Positions 1-13,187 are shown, numbered from the stretch's first letter. The stretch: DNA of 64,000 bases from Eledone cirrhosa (GCA_964016885.1 OZ024742.1:292516001-292580000), one strand, 5' to 3'. The notes: generated from the sequence alone by a model not told the origin. Made by a program: numbers and translations.

Positions 1-303
1 ACATATAACTATAATAAAAACTATACCTGAATGAACAACAGAGTTGTTAGAATATTGGTAAATCACCAAAAGACATTTACAAATATACACCGAATATAAT
101 TGCATATTTATACTGGTTATTAAACTGTAGTCAACATTGAAAATGTGAGGAGTAAACAAGGCTGAGAGACAGTTTATAGTTAGACTGGTTGTGTTACTCA
201 TCTACTTGGAACAGAGGGAAATCAGTGAAAAGAAAAATGGTCTCATATGTGTGATCTAGGGTTGTGATAGATTTAGCACTGAACATTCCATCATAATGAA
301 ACA

Positions 304-359
304 CAGTCATCATCATCACCATCATCATCATCACCACCATCATCATCATCATCATCGTC

Positions 360-390
<31 letters not shown>

Positions 391-432
391 TCATTATAAT
401 CATCATCATCATTATTATCATCATCATCACCA
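304..432. repeat. (CAT)n microsatellite forming the tail of an RTE-tailed SINE on the minus strand
   Basis: Directly visible CAT/CAC repeats, followed by ttttccatg..gcatg and tggatgcccttcctaacac motifs shared with other SINE copies. Confidence 0.85.
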
Positions 433-830
433 TTTAACATCTATTTTTCCATGATTGCATGAGTTAGACAGGTCGTCTACGTTATGATACAAGTCAGGCC
501 AGCTGGTTGTGCCATGCCTTGTTCAAATGGAACTGCATTTTGACTAGGATTTTTATAGCTGGATGCCCTTCCTAACACCAACCACATTTACAATGTGGAA
601 CTGGGTGGTCCTGTTATGACTCAAGTCTGGCCAGTTGGCCACACTGCACCTTGTACGTATCAATATTGGGTTGGCTGGGTTTTTACAGTTGCTGGATGCT
701 CTTCTTAACACCAACCATGTTTACAGTGTGGAATTGAGTGGCACTGTTATGGGGAGGGTCTGGCCAGTTGATCGTTATGTACCCTGCTCACAGCGGAACC
801 ATATTTTGGGAGCTGGGTGGTCCCATTATG
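433..830 (-). mobile_element. Degenerate RTE-tailed SINE 3' segments, internally duplicated
   Basis: Two copies of the gctggatgc.cttc.taacac.aacca..tttaca.tgtggaa motif that recurs at ~8490, 13560, 13880 and 27310. Confidence 0.6.
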
Positions 831-2069
831 AGTGATATCTGGACATTGACCACACCATGGTCTCAGGAAATAATTATATATTTGATTTAATTATACAAAT
901 TTCTATAAAAATGTGATTCTCTAAGGTTCAGCAATGCACCTCTTTCGTGCCTGCGCCCTGGGAAACTAACGATTTGGTTTAATGATAGTGCTGGCCCTGA
1001 TAATGCGGGAGATATGTTTGTATACAGGTGAAGTATCCTATACTGTCATACAGAGGAAATACTATCTTGTACATGGGGATATGTATATTTTTCTTTACAG
1101 CAATATTGATTTATATTTTTCCTTGAGAAGAATATCATTTGCTTGTGACTACATACCTATCAGTATTGTATATTGTATATTTTATCTCAACCCTTCAGCA
1201 AGTGAATTATTCTGACAGGTATAGCATTTTTCTTTTCAGGATACAAATTCTGAACTGAAAGAAGAAGAAAAATGCAAACTGTCGAAGGAATTTCAGAAGA
1301 AATTTATTGATCTATTGTAATAATAATTTTAGAAGTATATGTCCTCAGTTTTCACATAAAAAAGTCTTACCAATATGGGTAAAAACCAAAACCTGATGTA
1401 AAGTTTTCTATTGTGAAAACTATTTACTATCAATTTAAGCCAAGACAGATGACTAATAACATAAGATAAGTAAGAAGTTCTATAGACAAAGTGGGATAAA
1501 TAATACATTAAGATAAGATTTGTTTATAAATACTTGCCAATATTTGATATAAGTCTGGTAATTATCGAAACATATTACCATAAATTAAGTTAGGAAAACA
1601 TCAAGAATTTCAAAATACCAAATTCAAAAACTCAAAATATGATTTAGTATTCTATTAACAGGGGGTAAATCTTATTTGTTGTATTACATCTAATCTTCAG
1701 AGAAAGCATATGGTATAGTGGTTAGAGTATTGGATTCATTATCATAAGTTTATGGGTTTTATTCCTGGACAGGGTGTGGCTTTGTGTTTTTCAGAAAGAC
1801 ATTTAATTTCACATTGCTTTTAATGATAAGACTGGGGCTCCTATTATTAAAACACCCAAGATACTGCCTATGCAATGGAATCTCATGGAAAGCCAGCTAA
1901 ACCTATAAAGGTGTAACCTATAAATTTCATTTTTCAGTTAAAAATAATTTAACTATAACTTATTACAGAGATAACTTGAATATGCATTTTACATTGTTTT
2001 AAATTTAACTCTATATTAAGTATTTAATGTATGTGTAGTATTTTTTAATATATTCTTTCATTTATATTC

Positions 2070-2673
2070 AAGATTCTAGTGCCGTGTCTGAGTTTATCTT
2101 TATAAACATCTTCACAATACTTCGACCATTTTCTGATGATTTCAGTCATGTCTGTGAGAAGCAATCCTGTTTTGTCCTCAATGACAATGGTTCTATGTTA
2201 CATTGTTTTCATTAACATTTTAAAGTTTTCATAAGCAGCCTTGCTGTTGCACATTTTTATCCCAGCTTCAATGTTTTTGTACTGGTTTGTTATCCGTTTC
2301 TCTTTGGCTTCCCTTAGTTTCTCCCAGACCTTCCTATTTACAGTATTGTATTGCTGTCTTGTTTCCTGACCCATTAACTTGATCTTCCTCAGGTCCTGTC
2401 TTAAATCACATAGGTCACATATCTTCAGTAATGCATGGTTTTCTTTCCATCTTTTTCCCAGCACTCCTAGAGCTGTTCTTCGATGTTGTTGGTCAGGGAG
2501 TTTATATCTTCTTCTAGAAGGTTAAGGGCTGCAAACATGCCCCCCGTGTTCACCTGAAACATACCTGCAAACTTGGAATCTTTTAGTTTGTTTACATTAA
2601 ACATATGTGAGGCTCCTTTCTTATATATCGTTTTTACCTTAAGTTTCAGTGTTATCAGAACAAAATCATGATT
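2070..2673 (-). mobile_element. Degenerate RTE-like LINE fragment (linker between endonuclease and RT)
   Basis: Minus-strand translation resembles RTE ORF2 linker text (DLCDLRQDL..., IEDKTG.LL.....I.KW..YCEDVY); disrupted. Confidence 0.5.
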
Positions 2674-2692
2674 ATTATTGATACCCTCCTAG

Positions 2693-2878
2693 GGCGATGG
2701 ATTGGCAGTATCGGTAGAGGGTCGGACGCCATGCTTTGACGCATAGAGTTACGGCCCTTGTCATTCTGAGTTCAAATCCCGCCGAGGTTAACTTTGCCTT
2801 TCATCCTTACGGGGTCGATAAAATAAAGTACCAGTAATACACTGGGTAATTGCTGGCCTTGTGCCAAAAGTAGAAACA
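2693..2878 (+). mobile_element. tRNA-derived SINE with Meta/MESC-like core and perfect 19-bp target-site duplication
   Basis: A box (tggcagtatcgg), B box (gagttcaaatccc), core gcctttcatccttacggggtcgataaaataaagtaccag; TSD attattgataccctcctag at 2674-2692 and 2879-2897. Confidence 0.9.
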
Positions 2879-3590
2879 ATTATTGATACCCTCCTAGTCT
2901 GTATATATTAGTCATGTCTTTGCTAGTCTGGGAGATAAAATAGCTTCAAACAACTGCTCAATTTGTGTTCTTGTTTTAAACATTATCATCTGTGCTGATT
3001 TCTTCACTGAACATACTATGCAAATGATTCAACTTCTATGCTGGCTATTGGTGCTGTATTGATTTGATTTAATCTTTACTGAATATTTGTGTAAAGTTGT
3101 TTGGTTCAAGATTCATTCATTGTTGATTTTCATAACAATGCATTATTTACAAATAGGCAAAGATCTCTTGTTTCAGATCTTATTTGAGTCACGATACTTC
3201 TGTGTGTTGATGTTATATTACAGTCTTGTATTTATATTACTGTAATATGTGACTGTTTTCTTGTTATGTTATATATCTGTAATATGTGACCGTGTTGTTT
3301 TAATGCTATATTACAATAGAATGTGTCTCTTGTTATGCTGTTATGTTATATTACTGCAGAATGTGACTTTCTCTGTTATTTCTAATGGTTTTCCAACGTT
3401 TTTTGTTATTTTTTCTATTAAGAATTGAGATATCTTTTTCTTATTTTCTATCCTTTTCCATATATATTTGTTTTGCATTGTGTTTACTTCTTATATCGTT
3501 TTACTATTCCTATTTCAATAGATTTGAAGGAGTATCCACTTTCCTTTATAACTACCTTGGCTATTGTATACAGTATTTAGTTTATCCTGT

Positions 3591-3626
<36 letters not shown>

Positions 3627-3786
3627 GGTGGTCATGTTGGCGATGTGACAGATAGTGCCCAGCCCACACTGTAAAGTGGTCATGTTGAAAAGACACCCAG
3701 CAAACACTGTAAGTGTGGTTGGCATTGTGAAGGGCATCAAGACGTGACGATGATGATTATATATATATATATACACATATATACAC

Positions 3787-3852
<66 letters not shown>

Positions 3853-3860
<8 letters not shown>

Positions 3861-4444
3861 GTGAGGTTTTTTTTACAAAATGAAAAATAACCGAGGTGTC
3901 CTACACGAGTGGAAGTATAAAGAAAAAGGGATGAAATCGAAAATGCAACTGAAGTCTTATTTTTTTTGTTTTGTTGAGACTTTGGTGGCATTGTAAAAAA
4001 AACCTCACTTTCTAATATATACCCACCACACGAAGACCGAAAATGCCACCAAAGTCTCAACAAAACAAAAAAAATAAGACTTCAGTTGCATTTTCGATTT
4101 CATCCCTTTTTCTTTATACTTCCACTCGTGTAGGACACCTCGGTTATTTTTCATTTTGTAAAAAAAACCTCACTTTCTAATATATACCCACCACACAAAG
4201 ACCGAAAATGCCACCAAAGTCTCAACAAAACAAAAAAAATAAGACTTCAGTTGCATTTTCGATTTCATCCCTTTTTCTTTATACTTCCACTCGTGTAGGA
4301 CACCTCGGTTATTTTTCATTTTGTAAAAAAAACCTCACTTTCTAATATATACCCACCACACGAAGACCGAAAATGCCACCAAAGTCTCAACAAAACAAAA
4401 AAAATAAGACTTCAGTTGCATTTTCGATTTCATCCCTTTTTCTT

Positions 4445-4447
<3 letters not shown>
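3853..4447. repeat. 165-bp tandem repeat (~2.7 units, +) preceded by an inverted ~140-bp copy, embedded in (AT)n
   Basis: acccaccaca recurs at 4021, 4186 and 4351 (period 165, near-identical); 3853-3992 is the reverse complement of part of the unit; (AT)n on both flanks. Confidence 0.9.
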
Positions 4448-4475
<28 letters not shown>

Positions 4476-4534
4476 CAAGGCTCTGATACCATCAACACCA
4501 TAAACACAGAGCTGGCATATCTAAGAACTGACTA

Positions 4535-4590
4535 ACTGCCTGATGAGGTCATAGCCATTCAATGGCTATCATCGAAATATATATAGCAGT
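4535..4590 (+). ncRNA. Type I minimal hammerhead ribozyme (Penelope pLTR type)
   Basis: Stem I ACUGC/GCAGU; CUGAUGA 4540-4546; stem II with AUAGCCAUU/AAUGGCUAU; GAAA 4574-4577; palindromic UAUAUA; UA cleavage site; AATAAA at 4592. Confidence 0.85.
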
Positions 4591-4630
4591 AAATAAAGGA
4601 TTATGAGTTCATGCAATTGACTTATGTTTC

Positions 4631-4666
<36 letters not shown>

Positions 4667-4667
<1 letters not shown>

Positions 4668-4982
4668 GAGGTTATATTTAATTTGTTGGGATACAACAAG
4701 CAAAATATTTTTATAACTGATATAAAGCACTCAACAAATTATTGGAGTAAATATACAATATATTAACAAATGGAAACTATATTTATAAAACCATATTTAT
4801 TTCAGGAGATTCCAACCAGAATGGTTGCATTTTTTAAGGGTATGTCAATATTTATTTATAAAACTAACCTATATTATATTTTATCTGATGAAAGCGCACC
4901 ATAGTTTGCTCTGGTGGCCCTTGAAATATGTATAATGAAATAAATATGGTTTCATAAATATAGTTTTCATTTGTTAATATAT

Positions 4983-4987
<5 letters not shown>
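4667..4987. mobile_element. Small fold-back Penelope-like pLTR insertion, same family as 36877-40870
   Basis: 4667-4804 is the reverse complement of the pLTR end plus tail seen at ~40733-40860; ~4830-4987 is the forward pLTR; (AT)n on both sides. Confidence 0.8.
4877..4942 (+). ncRNA. Type I minimal hammerhead ribozyme
   Basis: Stem I UAUUUUAU/AUGAAAUA; CUGAUGA 4885-4891; GAAA 4923-4926; UAUGUA then UA; homologous to the 40675-40739 copy. Confidence 0.75.
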
Positions 4988-5029
<42 letters not shown>

Positions 5030-6639
5030 GCTTTCAATAATTCTAGGATTGCAAGATCTGTGTTCTTCTTTTACTGTTGTTGTAATGTAATCATTAAGTT
5101 TAACAACATCTAGAAATATGTTTTACAATTTCATTCTCAAAATATTTCCATATAAAGAATTAATATTGTCACAATCAGAGAATTTCTATCTTGAGAATTT
5201 TCTTTTCTGAAACGTTTCTCTTAATTCCTTTTATTTCTATTTTCATTTATGTTGTTCTGGTTCAGCTTCTGTTGGTCAGTATTCTGTTGATATTCTATGA
5301 CTAAATTTTGTTGTATTTTCTTTCTCGCTTTGTTTTATATTTGTAAGATGTATATTCATAGTTTAAATTCTTAATAATTTTAATGTTTTTATTCTCATTG
5401 TTTTCATCATTATTATTGCTTTCTTATATGCTGTTTGTGTTTTCATTGTCTTCTTGAACTAATCTGTTGGGAAACAAAGTTACTTTTAGATCATGATTTT
5501 TTCTCTATAGTTATTAAATATGGATATTGTTGTAGTCACATTTTTGGTGTTATAAAATATGTTAGTATTATAGAAAGCTATGGTAATCATTATTTACCTG
5601 GTACATATTAGGTCAATCCCTGGGTTAGTGTATATGTATGGTTGGGGGACCTTATCAGTTGTGTCAAGAACATGACAACATCCCTCATGCTGGCATCACA
5701 TCATGATAAAATGCACCAAATGCACTCTGTAGAGTGCAGGAGTATATGTAAGTGAGATGTAACCCCTCACCCAGCTCATCTAAAATATAATATATATATA
5801 TATATATAATATATAGATATAATTCCACATAAACAGTATGTATATACATATATATACACTATTTATGTGGAATTAGCAAGTATCACCAAAAATAACTACT
5901 ATTGAATATGAGGGTATCCAGGACATGGCCAACAAAATGAGAACAATGTATCACTGTGTTAAGGGTTTGGTTCAAAATTGCAAGAATATGATCAAACGAG
6001 AGACTACCACCAAGTATTGTGGATACAATCAACAAAACATTACTATAAAAACCATGATGAGAACGCAAGATCTAAATAAAAGTGTATAATTTATACACAC
6101 ATACATATATGTATGTATCTGTTTGTGAGTGTGTGTATATTGATATTGATATAGTTAACATATGGATTAACACATCATTACCAATAGTTTCATATCTGGG
6201 TAATATAATTCAAACAATTACAATCTTAACATGATATAAAATAAGCACTTTCCACAAATAGAAATCTGTACATATATAAAGTCTTCTGAGAGATATAACT
6301 ATAAAGTTAGCTGATGTATATGGAGCTTCCATTCATGCATATTCTTTTAAGGTGGTGGACTGTAATTTTAAACAGCATTACTTCAACCACACATCATCCC
6401 TCAGATATATATAGAAAATTAAAATCAAATTTTATCTGGCATTTAAATGACCATGATATTGATTTGGCATCAGGTGGTAAATCTTAAAATAATGCAGTTC
6501 AATGAGACAAAAAGATGTAAGTTATGTACAGCTGAGAAGATAATTATATTGAATAGCATTAATGATTTTGTAGATTATCTAATTACAAAATCAGAATTTT
6601 CTAGTCAATGCTGCTAGTAAGGAAACAATCTTGTAACAC

Positions 6640-6930
6640 ACCATTGAATAACATATAACTCATCTGGAACAACATATAACTCATCTGGGACATGCAAATC
6701 ATCTGGAAGAACATGTAATTCAACTATAACAACATTTAAGTTATCTTGAACAACAAACTATTCATCTAGAACAACATGTAATTCATTTTGAACAACATAC
6801 ACTGAGAATAACATTTAAAGTATCTTGAACGATATACAAGACATCTGTAACAACATACAATACAACTTGAACAATATATAACTCATTTAGAACAACATAC
6901 AGAAAAATCTGGTACAACATACAATGCAAG
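6640..6930. repeat. Degenerate ~21-bp minisatellite (gaacaacatataactcatct-like)
   Basis: Repeated aacaacat motifs at roughly 21-bp spacing. Confidence 0.7.
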
Positions 6931-6951
6931 TGAAACATATATATATACACC

Positions 6952-7145
6952 AGGTCCGAACACAAAGGAACCAAACTCCCACCATCACTACCTCCATCTC
7001 TCCTGCTCTCCCCATCTCTTACTATTAAGAGAAAATGGTAACCCACATGCTGGCTGCCCCACGGCTCCGGTGGACAGAATAGAGAAGGTGTTTCTCTGGA
7101 GGATGATGAGGGAGACACGCTGGAAGAGGCATTCCAGCTTGCGGC
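6952..7145 (-). mobile_element. 3' end of a CRE-like non-LTR retrotransposon
   Basis: Homologous to 19340-19540; minus-strand translation LFQRVSLIILQRNTFSIL. Confidence 0.65.
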
Positions 7146-8157
7146 TTGTACAACATACAATTAAATCCCTCAAAGCTCCTACAAATTGCAGGCCTCACAA
7201 TCACTGCCAGTTGCTTGTGATGATCTCACATTCATTAAACCACAAAAACTGCTCCCCAAAGACTGGCCATGCCCCTCAAGTCTAGAAAATACTTCAGATC
7301 TGAATATCTGTGCAAAATCCTTGAAAGACTTCTAGAAGCCATATGTGTCACTTCACATGAAAGCCATTCACGACTCTTATTACAGAATTTATAGCTTCTT
7401 GATATTGTAGGTGAACATTTTATCCAACTTTGTTGTTTTTTCTTTTTCTTTTTCTTTCTGTTATTCATATCAATAGGTTTTCATCACATTGATCTAAAGA
7501 TGTCTCCAGGTGATGATTATGATTGTATTACCAATCATATATACTTGTTAAAATGCTATGGGGTAAGTTAAGTTATTGATATCTGCTTTAAGTTTTAATG
7601 CTAATGATGTGAAACAGATATCTTATATTAGAATATTCTCATCACCAGACTTTCTGATTTTTTAAAGAAATAAATAAGATTATTTTTGTTAATGGAACAA
7701 AAATATATTTATACACTTCAATTATACAAGAAAAACAAAAACGAAAGAAAATAATTCCATTCAGAACCACTGATATTGAAGAATGTTGTGTGGAAAAGTT
7801 GGTTGACTAGGTGGTTGGTTTTGATGTTCTTGTTTAGCCTCAAATCATTGCTCAATCGAAAGTAAAGAAAACTTGCACACCCTTCATTAAACAGTATATG
7901 TCAGTTATGCTCTGTGAACAAGAGGGCAAAAGCATTGCTTTGGAGAATGATAGCCAGCGATGTCTCCTGCATTAGTCATTCCGCCTCATAAAACAAACTC
8001 TACACCTTTGACTGAGCAGTTTATGTCAGCTGTGCCCCATGGACAAGATGGTGACAGTGTGATTACAGAGAACAGCCAGTGGTAACTGCTGCATCAGTCA
8101 TTCCACTTCCCATTATAGCCTGATTTAGTAGTGGAAAGAATATAATGGTTTCTTATA

Positions 8158-8330
8158 TAGGCACAATGCCAGCAATTATCCCAGTGCATTACTGGTACTT
8201 TATTTTATCGCCCCCGTAAGGATGAAAGGCAAAGTTAACCTCGGCAGGATTTGAACTCAGATCATAAAGGTCCGTAACTCTATGCTGCAAAGCATGGCGT
8301 CCGACCCTCTACCAGTTCTGCCAATCCATC
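8158..8330 (-). mobile_element. Meta-core tRNA SINE copy
   Basis: Reverse complement of the 2693-2878 element. Confidence 0.9.
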
Positions 8331-10472
8331 AAGAATATAATGTGTATAATGTTCACATCATCACCATCATCATCACCGTTTAAAGTCCATTTTCCATGCT
8401 AGCATAGGTTACACAAGTTGCCCCTTAGTGAGACAAGCCAGGTCTGATGACTATGACTTGCTCATACAGAACTGGTTTTGGCTTGGTTTCTACGGCTGGA
8501 TGCTCTTCCTAACACCAACCACATTTACAGTGTGTGCTGGGTACTTTTTGTTGACACCTACATGACCACTTTACAATGTGGGCCGGGCACTTATATATAA
8601 TGGCCACTTATATATAATATATAATGTTCACATATATAATATATACAAAACATTTGTATCCAATGTGGACTGGGAACTTGAGTCAGCTCTGGTCGTTTGG
8701 GTTGATATTAATCTCACTGTCTTTTTGTATATGGAATAACAACACTACTTGGACAACATCAAATGCAGTTCAACCTGCATGTGGATGGAGTCTTCCTTGA
8801 ACCAATACTGTTCTACCTGCTTCAAGTCTGCCTTGTAGATGGCTCAGTTCGGTGCCTTCTTCATACACCAGTTCTTTTCTTGATTATGAATTCACTTATG
8901 CTTTGGCTTCCATGTGTATGAGCTACACAAACGCTGTTGTAGAGCCATGATTGATGAGTTCAGACTACATCCATTCTGTTGTTGACACATTGCATGCTGG
9001 TTCCTTAAGCATGACACCTTGTATGACACCCAAAAAAGCCTTGATGTGCCCAGTTCCCCCGTCTTAACTGGAGCCAGCTGGCCTCAAATATGGTGTTGGC
9101 AAGCTCTCAGGTAGGATAACCTTTTCCTATTTGAGAGGGATAAATCTTTAATCTGGGTCACTGCATGTTCTCCAGTTACAACCTTGTCACTTAGGCCACT
9201 GCTATCTATAACATAGAGGAGCAGGACATATCTAAATATCAGGACTTGACCAATTCCTTCCCTTTTGTGTCAGTTGCCAACAAGATCTCCAGTGTCCTCA
9301 GTCCCCAGACTGCCATTTTCTCATAATGTAATCGAACATAACAACAGAGAGGTATTGGGGTTAAACAACAGCTACTATCTTCATGCATATACACACTTCA
9401 ACAACATTTAATAAATATTGCCTGTACAGGTAATCAAAGTATGTATACATTTTTAGAGGACACCCTGGATAATGTCTAGTTTCCTAAATTTTAGGAATTT
9501 TGGGATTTATTATATTTTCAGTTGAGAGAAACTTTCAGCTGCAAATAACAGTTGAATATTTGAAAAGGTTAAAATAAAAGAATTAGTGAGAAATCTGCTG
9601 ATTCTTCCATAAAAACAAATAAAAAGAATTAAAAACGGATGCATATGAAAATTTCCTTTAGCATAACAGATGTGTTGGAAAAATAGCTTTTGTGAAAAAA
9701 AAAACTTAAGAATTCAAAAAGTAGAATATAAATAAAAACAAAAATATAAAACATTGAATAAAAATAGAAAAAGATGTGAAGACTTATTTAAAAATGGAAA
9801 TGCTGCATATTAAAGAGATTTCAACAGACAAGATTCAAAACAAAATAAAATAAAATAAATTGTTTTGGAAACAGTGAAAAATCAAAAGACTTTCAAGAGT
9901 TGCCATATGTTATTTTTCATAGAAGAATATTAAAAATTTACCTGTGTGAAAAAGCCTCAAATAACTTTTATAAGTTTATCTATTTTCGAATAATCGATGC
10001 CCCCAAAATCAAATATGCAACAATGCTATACACGTGGAGACTATGACTATTTGAATAGGCAACCATTATAATTTAGAATTTCCTTAAATATTTAAATACT
10101 AACTGTCTATTCTGTTTTAATTCAAAATGTTTCAGCTTAGTGTTTCAAGTACCAAGAAGATAAGAAAAAAAAAGAAAGAATATGAGTGCTGTTTCTTTTC
10201 AAGGAATAAAAAATATCTTATTGAGAATATTGCAAATATGAGAATAAAAGAATCAGTACTAAAATAGAATGATTCTTCCAGTTAACACAAAGAGAGGGAA
10301 ACTCACCATAACTGTTGTGCTGGATCATCAGCTTTAGTATTATAAATAAACATTGGTGAGACTGTGTGGTTAATAAATTTACTTCTCAATCATGGTGCTT
10401 CATGTTTGATCAGACTGCACCAAGTTGACCCCAAGCCTTCTTCTTCTTCTTCTTATTATTATTATTATTATT

Positions 10473-10922
10473 ACAGTTGCATTTATCTTGCTTTATATTC
10501 ATACGAGTTATCAGCAAGTCACAACCAGTGACCTCAAGAGACAACAAGGTCCGCCATGTTCAAGAAAGAACATACATACTCACACATGCATCTTTAGTGT
10601 TTAGACTTGTGATGTACTTATATTGACAGAATCTTCCTTAGTATATGGGCAGTTCCCATTAGTACTATCTTTTGTATTTCTCCTATACGCGGGTTTCCTG
10701 GGATTTGTGATAAGTAATCATTAGACCCCTTAGGTATCATTCCCAGAGCACCTACAACCACTGGTATTGTTTTAGTTCTCAATTTCCACATTTTTCCAAT
10801 TTCTATCTCCAGGTCCTTATACTTGCTCAATTTTTCAAATGTTTTTATAGATACATTCTTGTCTATTGGAACAGACATATCAATTAGCAGGCATACCCTC
10901 TTTTTAAAGTCCTTCAATATTA

Positions 10923-10925
<3 letters not shown>
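10473..10925 (-). mobile_element. 5'-truncated R4/Dong-like retrotransposon (REL endonuclease end plus 3' UTR) inserted in (TAA)n
   Basis: Nearly identical to 52499-52941; ORF 10618-10917 gives the same protein end; (ATT)n on both sides. Confidence 0.92.
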
Positions 10926-10961
<36 letters not shown>

Positions 10962-10962
<1 letters not shown>

Positions 10963-11395
10963 TCAGAGAGGATCATGGGGGCAGAATCCTCAAACACTTC
11001 TACCAACGGGTCCTTTCAGAAGCAACCGTCTCCAACTGATCTTGCTGGATCCCCAAGCAAGACCAGCCAAGCTCAAGGATGATATACAACCATTTGTCCA
11101 GCGATTCTTTCCTGAGACATTCTAACCACATGTCCATAGTATCAGAGCTATGATCTCTCAATTTGGAGAAGTAGCAGCTCTACCTGGAGTGACTCTCTGA
11201 TCTCCGAGCTTTGCACTGTAGCAAGCCTATGAGAAATCCTGTGTGTATTACCAAGATGTATATTCTTGTTGACCCAAGCCTCAGGGGTAAAATTGTGGGA
11301 ACAACAGGAACTATGCAGAAGCCCATAAGATGGATTGAACCTGTTCTGGTGTTGTAGAATTATTCTGTTACCCACTTAGACACCATCAACTGGCC
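10962..11395 (-). mobile_element. 3' fragment of an RTE-clade LINE (second family)
   Basis: Homologous to 34710-35170 (-) and 11700-12110 (+); minus strand reads LLLLQIERS.L.YYGHVVRM. Confidence 0.7.
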
Positions 11396-11699
11396 CTTGA
11401 CTATCTTTAGTGATGTTATTACTGTTGCATAGATTTACCCTATGTCTTCAATCTGAATATACCTCCATATCTTAGGTTACTATGGCAACCCATATGACGG
11501 TGGGGGGGGGGGGTTGTCTCTGTTACCCAAGAAGCTTCAAATTCCTCCAAAAGGTTAGGGCTGCTGCATCCCTCATCAGACTAAAACATTAAAAAAAAGT
11601 TTTACTTCATTTAAAAATAATTTAGGTTAGTAATCAGAAGAAGGGAGGTAAGTATAAAAGCCAAACTCACTGTCTTAAATTCGGTATTCAGGCCAACCC

Positions 11700-12112
11700 T
11701 TACCTGTGGTCATGAATCTTGGGTAATGACCGAAACAATATGATCACGAATACAAGTGGTCGAAATAGGGTTCCTCCGAAGAGTCTTTAGAGTAATGTTA
11801 CTCGATAGAGTGTGTAGCTCAGAGATCAGAGAGTCACTCAAGATAGAGCTGCTACTTCTCTGAACTATGTGTATGTGGTTAGAATATCTCAGGAAGGAAT
11901 CACTGGACACATTTTACAAAACCAACCGGCAAGAGACCCAAGGGTAGACCCTGAGTAAAGATGGTTGGATAACATCCTTGAGCTTGGCTGGTTTCACTTG
12001 GGGATCCAGCCGGATCAGTTGTAGGTGGTTGCTTCTGACAGGACCCACTGGAGGGAGTGTTTAATGACTCTTCCCCACAACCTTCTCTGGAATAAGTAGG
12101 TGAAGAAGAAGT
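11700..12112 (+). mobile_element. 3' fragment of the same RTE family with an internal deletion and (GAA)n tail
   Basis: Reverse complement similarity to 34697-35165; ends gtgaagaagaag. Confidence 0.7.
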
Positions 12113-12499
12113 AAGAGAAAAATAAATCTTGAAATATAACTGGATTTCAAAGAATTATATGAGGGGGTTAAACTATACCAAATGGTTTAATAGATTCTAT
12201 GGGAAAGTCCATAAATAAGTATTTCTCAACCAGGGTCCATATAAATTAGAAAAGTAAACTGAGGGTCTGCATTTGTATTTTAGGGGTCCATGAAAATATT
12301 TTGCTTTCATAGAAATATCTTAAGCTATAGAGAAAGAAAGCAAATTAAAAAAAAAGCAAATAAAATAAACCAATCAAAAACTTCCCTAAAGAATTAATAG
12401 AAATCAGCAGAGTAAAATAGGAATCAAAGGAGTTAAGGACCACTAGTTTACATCTAATACCATTTTAACTTATTCTAAACATTTAAAATACATATATCC

Positions 12500-12880
12500 A
12501 TAGATGTTTAAATTCTATTTCTAGTAATCTAAACTATATTTCTAAATATATAGCTTTAAATATCCAGATTCTATTTCTATATATCTAAAATACATTTCTA
12601 AATATCTTAATGCCTTAAATATATTTCTAAAATATAATTTTAAATATCCAAATTATATTTCTATATACCCTTGCTAGCAGGGAAAGTAGATGTTAATAAT
12701 GATGATTCAAATTATATTTCTAAATGCCCAAAATATATTTCTAAAAGTGTAAATAATACTTTTAGATGTTTAAAATATATTTCTAAAAATCTTAAATATC
12801 CAAAATATATTATTGAATATCTAAAACATTTTTTTTTCTAAATGTCTCTATTATATTTCTAAATGTCTGAAATATATTTC
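12500..12880. repeat. Degenerate AT-rich ~20-bp minisatellite (tatatttctaaatat-like)
   Basis: Repeated atttcta..ata motifs. Confidence 0.6.
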
Positions 12881-13107
12881 ATCATCATCATCATCATCAT
12901 TATCATTTTATTTCTAATTTTCCATTCTGGCATAGGATGGATAGTTAGTTACAGGCCAATATCTAAACTGTGTATCTAAATCGCTATATTATATTATATT
13001 ATATTATATTACATAATTCCTTTTACTACTTTTAACTATTAGACTGCAGCTATGCTGGAAGACTGCTTTTATTTAGTCAACCACATCAGCTGCATTACTA
13101 ATTTCAT

Positions 13108-13187
<80 letters not shown>

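Noticed and set aside
1240-1320. Possible terminal exon (DTNSELKEEEKCKLSKEFQKKFIDLL*)
   Set aside because: Only an acceptor-like site in AT-rich sequence; no independent support.
3995-4447. CRISPR-like array
   Set aside because: Whole units are repeated with no unique spacers, and the context is eukaryotic.
5820-6085. Short inverted repeat around an AT tract followed by a possible Penelope-like remnant
   Set aside because: Only a partial UGAUGAG without GAAA; too degenerate to call.
11540-11590. CUGAUGA on the minus strand as another hammerhead
   Set aside because: No GAAA after the short stem and no stem I or III.
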